Source: Oligoflexales bacterium
GTDB taxonomy: Bacteria > Bdellovibrionota_B > Oligoflexia > Oligoflexales > RGVZ01
NCBI GenBank assembly: GCA_044236265.1
Contig: JBIIGV010000090.1
Location: forward strand, 1 to 11,842
Length of the DNA: 11,842 nt
Reading direction: 5' to 3'
The position numbers and the translations under genes were made by a program. Shown piece by piece: positions 1 to 5,468 of this stretch (position 1 is its first letter; each line of letters opens with the position of its first letter). A model generated the notes under the pieces. The model saw only the letters and a program-made list of their open reading frames with translations, searched no databases and had not been told where the DNA came from.

Positions 1-501
1 CGCGAGTTGTGCCCTAATTTGATGGCTACGCCCAGTGACGGGCTCTACCTGGAGCAATGTCCGATTTTCAGACGTACCGATAACTCGATAACTCAAAACA
101 CATTTTTTAGCATCAGGGTGCTTTGCATGGACCACCAAGGCCTTATTCTCATCGTGATCTTTAGCCAACCAGTGCTCTAAAGTCGCCTCACTCTCACTTG
201 GCCTTCCTTCAACGATCGCCACATATATTTTCCTGAGCTGACGTCCCCTAAAAAGCTCGTTTAACCGAGCTGCCGCTTTACTGCTGAGACCAAAGAGAAT
301 TACGCCACTGACCGGACGGTCGAGAAAATGTATGGGCACACAGTAGCCCTTGCGCCCCTCAGTTTGACGGGCTGCATTCCAGCTGCGCACCATGTCCAAT
401 AGGGTTTCATCCCCACTGGACTCGCTTGCGACGGGGATTCTAGCAGGCTTCGACACTGCCACCAGGTGACGATCTTCATAAATAATTTCAGGTGATTGCA
501 T
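1..501 (-). CDS. RluA/RluC/RluD-family RNA pseudouridine synthase (no N-terminal S4 domain); 3' end lies outside the window
   Basis: Manual translation from ATG at 501: MQSPEIIYEDRHLVAVSKPARIPV...VPIHFLDRPVSGVILFG...RKIYVAIVEG...LLQVEPVTGRSHQIRAQLA. It shows motif I (IIYED..LVAVSKP), motif II (HxLDRxxSG with catalytic Asp61), the KxY motif and motif III (TGRSHQIR). The frame is open to position 1. Confidence 0.95.
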   Translation of the reverse strand, partial: MQSPEIIYEDRHLVAVSKPARIPVASESSGDETLLDMVRSWNAARQTEGRKGYCVPIHFLDRPVSGVILFGLSSKAAARLNELFRGRQLRKIYVAIVEGRPSESEATLEHWLAKDHDENKALVVHAKHPDAKKCVLSYRVIGTSENRTLLQVEPVTGRSHQIRAQLA

Positions 502-537
502 TATCGAACCAAGGGTTGGGGGGCGACTAAAAGTCGC

Positions 538-567
538 AAACTACCGCCCGTTGGAGACCTCTGTCAA
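538..567 (-). promoter_or_regulatory. Putative sigma70 promoter for the RluA-family gene
   Basis: On the minus strand, a perfect TTGACA (567-562), an 18-nt spacer and TAGTTT (543-538); the -10 ends 36 nt upstream of the ATG at 501. Confidence 0.6.
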
Positions 568-573
568 GACGGT

Positions 574-585
574 ATTGTGCACAAT
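574..585. promoter_or_regulatory. Perfect 12-bp palindrome, candidate transcription-factor operator
   Basis: ATTGTGCACAAT lies in the divergent intergenic region, just upstream of the -35 of the pseudouridine synthase gene. Its core TTGTGCACA recurs at 10646-10654. Confidence 0.35.
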
Positions 586-630
586 TAACCCACATGATAT
601 GAGCCCTGTGCCGCAGCAGGAGACCCCCCC

Positions 631-1362
631 ATGGCACACGTTATTTCCAGAGTTAATCTATTTCTATTACCAATGCTCTCGAGCAGCATTTTAACCGCTG
701 CTACGCCTAGAACGAGCATCACCCTCAATCACATCACCGGTGACTCTGAATCAGCTAAATTTAATCGATCGCTTGCCTGTTACGTCAGCGATGCGCTAGC
801 AGGAACTCACGATCAACAGTGCTTGCATGCGAATACCGTGTCATTTGATACGAGATTTATTCCCGAGCTTGCGATTGAAAAGATAAACAACTTTATCGAC
901 TCAAAAAATCAAACAGCTGTTTTGTCTGCTTTGCGTGAATGGTGGGGCGTCTGGTCATATGCCCTCCGCGAACAGCCGCTAAACAATCAAGTCATCGCGA
1001 CTGACCTTCATACATTTCAACAAATGACATCATTTGCGCAATGGCCGAGAGATGTGGTTTTGACCAGCCATGTTAAAGGCAAAACCCGCGTTATTTACCG
1101 CTCGCCTGAGATTTTTTCGCGCGGGATCTCAGTGGCTCAGACACTTGACACCGTGTCTGGCGATTTGACCGCCAAGGTTCTTGAGACTGAAGTGGCCATC
1201 GATCGCGCGGACAATTCAGGAAACACTGACTTTTACTCTTACGACGCAAACGGCAGGCTTGCGACAACGTCTCATTTTCCTGCAGGTGAAAAACCAGTGC
1301 CTGGCATTTGCTTAGGCTGTCACCATGCTCCGGAAAGCGGATTATTTACTCGCTTTCAGTAG
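631..1362 (+). CDS. Secreted monoheme c-type cytochrome, cytochrome P460/c'-beta-like C-terminal domain
   Basis: AGGAG RBS upstream, N-terminal signal-like segment (RVNLFLLPMLSSSILTAA), and a single CxxCH (CLGCH, 1309-1323) near the C-terminus followed by ...GLFTRF. Upstream segments HVKGKTRVIY, FSRGISV and GNTDFYSYDANG resemble the P460-family pattern. Confidence 0.6.
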   Translation: MAHVISRVNLFLLPMLSSSILTAATPRTSITLNHITGDSESAKFNRSLACYVSDALAGTHDQQCLHANTVSFDTRFIPELAIEKINNFIDSKNQTAVLSALREWWGVWSYALREQPLNNQVIATDLHTFQQMTSFAQWPRDVVLTSHVKGKTRVIYRSPEIFSRGISVAQTLDTVSGDLTAKVLETEVAIDRADNSGNTDFYSYDANGRLATTSHFPAGEKPVPGICLGCHHAPESGLFTRFQ

Positions 1363-1380
1363 TCATTATTATAGCCGATG

Positions 1381-1866
1381 TCACAATTTTTTTGAGAACT
1401 CTCGATCAAACGGAATCGTCAGTGAGCCCAGCCATGTTGTGATGTCCGCTGAACCGCGGATGCGGGCATTTTCTTTGGCTTTTCCGCTCATAAGACTCAT
1501 CGCTGCACCCATCAATTCTTTTGTCTGCAACGCGATAGGAATGCGTACTTTCTGCTCGGCATTTGGTCGTACAGCGATTTTTTCAGCTATTGAGCCGACG
1601 CCAAGTTTTGTGTCTGTCAGAAATAAGTCAAAGCTCAAGCGATCCACCGCCAATTCACGATGGTCGTTATTTAGAACGCTGATAACCACTTCAACATCAA
1701 TTGTCGACACTGACAAAGATTTGACCTGAAAATCCACCAGACTGATATCGGGCTTTTTAGGAACAAGCCCAAAACTTTCAGCAAGATGAACACAGCTCGA
1801 GAGAGCTAAAACCAAAATACTAAAAGCCAACGCCAATTTAAATCCATGACCTTTAGCTGAATGCAT
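1381..1866 (-). CDS. LEA type 2 (WHy domain) family lipoprotein
   Basis: Signal peptide with lipobox LSSC, then the typical LEA_2 pattern KPDISLVDFQV...VLNNDHRELAVDRLSFDLFL...LGVG...VRPNAEQKVRIPI...IRGSADI...LTIPF. It starts 13 nt downstream of the GT2 fusion stop, so the two are probably co-transcribed. Confidence 0.88.
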   Translation of the reverse strand: MHSAKGHGFKLALAFSILVLALSSCVHLAESFGLVPKKPDISLVDFQVKSLSVSTIDVEVVISVLNNDHRELAVDRLSFDLFLTDTKLGVGSIAEKIAVRPNAEQKVRIPIALQTKELMGAAMSLMSGKAKENARIRGSADITTWLGSLTIPFDREFSKKL

Positions 1867-1879
1867 AAATCAAAGTTCC

Positions 1880-3535
1880 TTAGATGGTTGCCGCATTAAC
1901 GTTCGACGTTTTTTCTGCTACATAAAGCCGAATATCACCAAAACGAAATGGGATATACCACGACGCCATGGGCGTCCACCCCAGAAGCTTACGCGTGAGT
2001 TTTGCGAAAGGTATGCCAAGGGAATCCAATTTCAGGAGGAAATAATCAAAGGTGATGATGTGGCAGTAGGTATCCGCCATCGTCATCTTAAATCCATTTC
2101 TGCGCAACATGTCTTCGATAACTTTGTCGTCAAAATAATAAAGATGCATGTCCATCAACCAAGGCCATTTTTCCCCAAGAAGCCGGGCATACCAATTATC
2201 CCAATTAAGCGTACAAAACGTGAAGACTCCCCCAGTTGACATGCGTTCGTTTATTCTTTTTATCTCTGCCATGGGCGAAAAGAAGTGCTCCATAACATCC
2301 CAGCTTGTAACCACATCGTACTGCTTGCTGTCGTCAGACATGTCTGCCAACGTGCCTGAATGAACGCTGACATTAAATGTTTTACGGGCAAAGTCTGACG
2401 CCGCCTTCGACGGTTCAACGCCTTTAACTTGATAGCCGTAGCCACGAGCCACATCCAAGAAAACACCGTAGTAAGACCCCACATCAAGCAGGCTCGTCGT
2501 GCGAGGCAAATAGCTCATGACTCGCTTAAAATTGTAATCAAAGGTTCTTACCCGTGCCGGGATATTTGCCACGTAGGTCTGATCCACCACATCAGAATAA
2601 AGCTTTGACAGCTCTTCGGGAGAAATTTTGGGGTTCGTTGCAACTAGACCACACACCAAGCATCGGACAATTCTACCGTGAGAGTCATGATGCGCACTCG
2701 TACAGTTATACATGTCTGACTTGTGATTTTGGACTGTGGCCGGATAAATTTCCACATGCAGTATCTTGCCGCAGACATCACAGGGTTCAACATTAAGGGG
2801 GACCTGGGCCGGAGCGTAGTTTTCAAACATGCCCAGCACTCGTCGTAGCCACATTCGTGCCAGGCGGACGATGCTTTTGGCTACTTCTTTTTTTGAAATT
2901 TTACTGGTACCTGCTCGCCGATCTTCGAAGTGGATCGGAAACTCAGCGGCTTTGCTAGCTATTCGACAAGAGTGGAATATCGACTCAAAGAAAAATGCAT
3001 ATCCTTCCGCTTTGATCTTATCGATTGGCAACTTCTCCAAAAGACTTCGCCTAAACCCGCGGTAGCTCGTTGTCGTTTCATGAAGGCGAATCCCAAGCAG
3101 CGTACGCGCAAGAAAATTGGCGCCTCGGCTAATAACTTGACGCCCTAGTCCGTAGTCACAACGCCCACCTTCAACATACCGACTTCCTGTTACGAAATCG
3201 GCGGACTCAAGAAATTTGTGCATCGTCGGAAGATATTTGGGGTGGTGACTGTAGTCAGCGTCCATAGTCACGAGCGAATCATAATCGTTCTGCAAAGCAA
3301 ACTTCATTGCCAGCTTATGGGCCGAGCCAAGACCAAGCTTACGCGGCCGATGAATCACTTTCAGTCGCCCCGAGTAGCTCAAAGCAAGCTGATCCAGAAT
3401 TTTGCCTGTCCCATCCGGAGAATTATCATCGACAACGAGCATGTGAGCTTGTGGCAGTGCAGACAGACAATCGCTCACCAACGAGGCAATATTGTCCGCC
3501 TCGTTATAAGTGGCGGTAAAAATAAGACTCTTCAT
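1880..3535 (-). CDS. Fusion protein: polyprenol-monophosphosugar synthase (DPM1/Ppm1-like GT2), CxxC...CxxC segment and class I SAM-dependent methyltransferase
   Basis: The N-terminal ~235 aa carry TYNE, VVDDNSPDGTG, GLGSA, MDADYSH (DxD), GSRY and FEDRRAGTSK. These are followed by CDVC (C252) and CLVC (C292), then MTase motif I LLDVGSYYGVF, GVEPS, YDVVTSWDVMEH and HLYYF. GGAG RBS upstream. Confidence 0.9.
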   Translation of the reverse strand: MKSLIFTATYNEADNIASLVSDCLSALPQAHMLVVDDNSPDGTGKILDQLALSYSGRLKVIHRPRKLGLGSAHKLAMKFALQNDYDSLVTMDADYSHHPKYLPTMHKFLESADFVTGSRYVEGGRCDYGLGRQVISRGANFLARTLLGIRLHETTTSYRGFRRSLLEKLPIDKIKAEGYAFFFESIFHSCRIASKAAEFPIHFEDRRAGTSKISKKEVAKSIVRLARMWLRRVLGMFENYAPAQVPLNVEPCDVCGKILHVEIYPATVQNHKSDMYNCTSAHHDSHGRIVRCLVCGLVATNPKISPEELSKLYSDVVDQTYVANIPARVRTFDYNFKRVMSYLPRTTSLLDVGSYYGVFLDVARGYGYQVKGVEPSKAASDFARKTFNVSVHSGTLADMSDDSKQYDVVTSWDVMEHFFSPMAEIKRINERMSTGGVFTFCTLNWDNWYARLLGEKWPWLMDMHLYYFDDKVIEDMLRRNGFKMTMADTYCHIITFDYFLLKLDSLGIPFAKLTRKLLGWTPMASWYIPFRFGDIRLYVAEKTSNVNAATI

Positions 3536-3673
3536 CTTTACTCCGGACGTGACGAATCGTGATTTTTAACAAAAATTGGTATGGATGTCACGATTTTTGG
3601 CCAGTTTTGATGGGATTTCATGAGCTGGAATCACTGGAGAAACGTCCTATAAAATTGCTTCAAAAATTCCGCT

Positions 3674-5464
3674 ATGCTAGCCTTCGCCCTTCGTCCAGAT
3701 AACTGTTCAATGCTAGGTAGGCCTTTGGAAAGCAGAACAAAAAAACCGGCTGTTCACGTCTCTTCGGTTTGGTCTTACTCCGTAGCAGCCACTCTCGGTA
3801 TTGCTGCTTTTTTTCTGACGTGCCCTGCCTACATATTAGACCCAACAAACTTGGCTTGGGTTTATCCTCATCGCGATCCAATTTACTATGCGCCTGATTA
3901 TCATACGCACTATCTGGGCTGGTTATTTTTAAGGCACAGCCCTTGGTCATTCCCCCTTGGAAGTATTCCCAATTATGTTGCTCCGCTTCCAACATTCATG
4001 GCTTATACGGATTCGATTCCCTTGGCGGCGTTTCCTCTAAAGCTAATCTCGGACATTCTGCCTGAAGACTTCCAGTACCTGGGTCTTTGGACTTTGATGT
4101 GCTTTGTTCTGCAGGCTTTATTTGCAGTGCGCCTCCTCAGACCATGGATCAAGGACAAATGGTGTTTCACGTGCGCTGTGCTTTTGGTGACTTTAAGTCC
4201 AATTCTTATTTTTAGATCATTCCATGTCGCATTGATGTCGCACTGGCTCATGCTTTGGAGTTTGTCCGTTGTTCAGGAGTATATTTTAGCGAATAAACGC
4301 CAGGATCAAGTATCAACGCCATTGCGAACTCCCATGACGATTATTGGCATGGCTACGTTGATACAACCTTACCTGGCAGCTATGGTTGCGGGCATTTGTT
4401 GGGCTATGCCTCTTGGTCGAGCCTTATCGGAATGGAAAGAGCCTTCAAACTCCAAGGTCAGGATTATATCAATCCTAGGATTCACAACCTTTTTTTACAT
4501 TATTCCGATGGCCATTCTGCTTTATGCGTTTGGGTTTCTGAACGGACCATCAGGAACCGACGGTTTTCACTATTTTGGAACCGATGTCTTCTCAATTTTC
4601 AATAATTACGGAACTAGCTCTTTCATGCCAAAGTTTCGCGACCGTAAGGGATTATACGAGGGCTATGCGTGGCTGGGATTAGGGGGCTGGACGTTAATAA
4701 TAGCTTCAATGGTGCCGCGGATTCGCACCCAAATCCGCGTCTGGATCAAGGATCCGTATGTCAAAGCTCTGATCACAACCTCATTGATTATGTGGTTTTT
4801 TGCGCTATCTGAAAACATTCATTTCGCCGGATTCTGGCTTATTGACATGGAATGGTTTTGGAAGCCGTTTCGTTTCATCACATCATCTCTGCGTACATCA
4901 GGACGATTCATATGGCCGTTGTACTATATATTGTTTTTTGGTGCCGCAGCCATTGTTGCGAATCAATTTTCAAGAAAATCCATGCGAATCCTTTTTACGG
5001 TTGCTCTCATACTCCAGACGATAGACCTCGGACCATGGATGACGAACCGAAAGAGTAGATTTTACGTTCAGCGCGGCGAACGTTTACAAGATCCATTTTG
5101 GGATAATGCGGCATCTAAATTTAAAAAAGTAAAAATGATCCCGCCATTACAAGACGTGGGTTATTGCCAAGATAAAAAAGCAGAAAATCGCGTCTTTTAT
5201 GAATGGGTCGAGTTTGCTGATTTTGCGGCTAAAAATAAAATGAGCATAAACAGCGGCTACCTTGCGCGTTACGATAAGAAATTATCGACACTCTATTGCG
5301 GTGCCGAGGTTTACGAGTTTTTGACTGGGCCACTGCAGCCAGACAGCCTTTACATTGTCAGGGCCGCGTACACTGACAACATGCCGACATCTGGATTAGA
5401 TCGACAGTGCGAAGATCATGATGGCTATACAGCATGCTTTGCGAAAATGAATACACAGCCATAG
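3674..5464 (+). CDS. DUF6311-like polytopic membrane protein, probable GT-C-fold (lipid-phosphate-sugar-dependent) glycosyltransferase; alternative start at 3710
   Basis: Many hydrophobic segments. The signature D..THYLGWLFLR.SPWSFPLG....Y.AP......YTDSIPL.A...K sits in the first loop, with later YEGYAWLGLG, LRTSGRFIWP.YY and INSGYLAR motifs and a soluble C-terminal domain with Cys residues. The family call is from recalled motifs; the GT-C function is inference. Confidence 0.75.
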   Translation: MLAFALRPDNCSMLGRPLESRTKKPAVHVSSVWSYSVAATLGIAAFFLTCPAYILDPTNLAWVYPHRDPIYYAPDYHTHYLGWLFLRHSPWSFPLGSIPNYVAPLPTFMAYTDSIPLAAFPLKLISDILPEDFQYLGLWTLMCFVLQALFAVRLLRPWIKDKWCFTCAVLLVTLSPILIFRSFHVALMSHWLMLWSLSVVQEYILANKRQDQVSTPLRTPMTIIGMATLIQPYLAAMVAGICWAMPLGRALSEWKEPSNSKVRIISILGFTTFFYIIPMAILLYAFGFLNGPSGTDGFHYFGTDVFSIFNNYGTSSFMPKFRDRKGLYEGYAWLGLGGWTLIIASMVPRIRTQIRVWIKDPYVKALITTSLIMWFFALSENIHFAGFWLIDMEWFWKPFRFITSSLRTSGRFIWPLYYILFFGAAAIVANQFSRKSMRILFTVALILQTIDLGPWMTNRKSRFYVQRGERLQDPFWDNAASKFKKVKMIPPLQDVGYCQDKKAENRVFYEWVEFADFAAKNKMSINSGYLARYDKKLSTLYCGAEVYEFLTGPLQPDSLYIVRAAYTDNMPTSGLDRQCEDHDGYTACFAKMNTQP

Positions 5465-5468
5465 GAGC

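Noticed and set aside
520..590. Possible c-di-GMP-I (GEMM) riboswitch suggested by a hairpin followed by GCAAA
   Set aside because: It lacks the GGCAAAC...GAAA...GACGCAAA architecture and the second stem. The bases are better explained as the minus-strand -10/-35 promoter.
1325..1729. 134-aa plus-strand ORF
   Set aside because: Antisense shadow of the well-supported LEA_2 gene, with no recognisable motifs.
2148..3995. Several short ORFs (60-114 aa) overlapping the GT2-MTase and DUF6311-like genes
   Set aside because: They lie within or almost entirely within strongly supported CDSs on other frames or strands and show no protein-family features.
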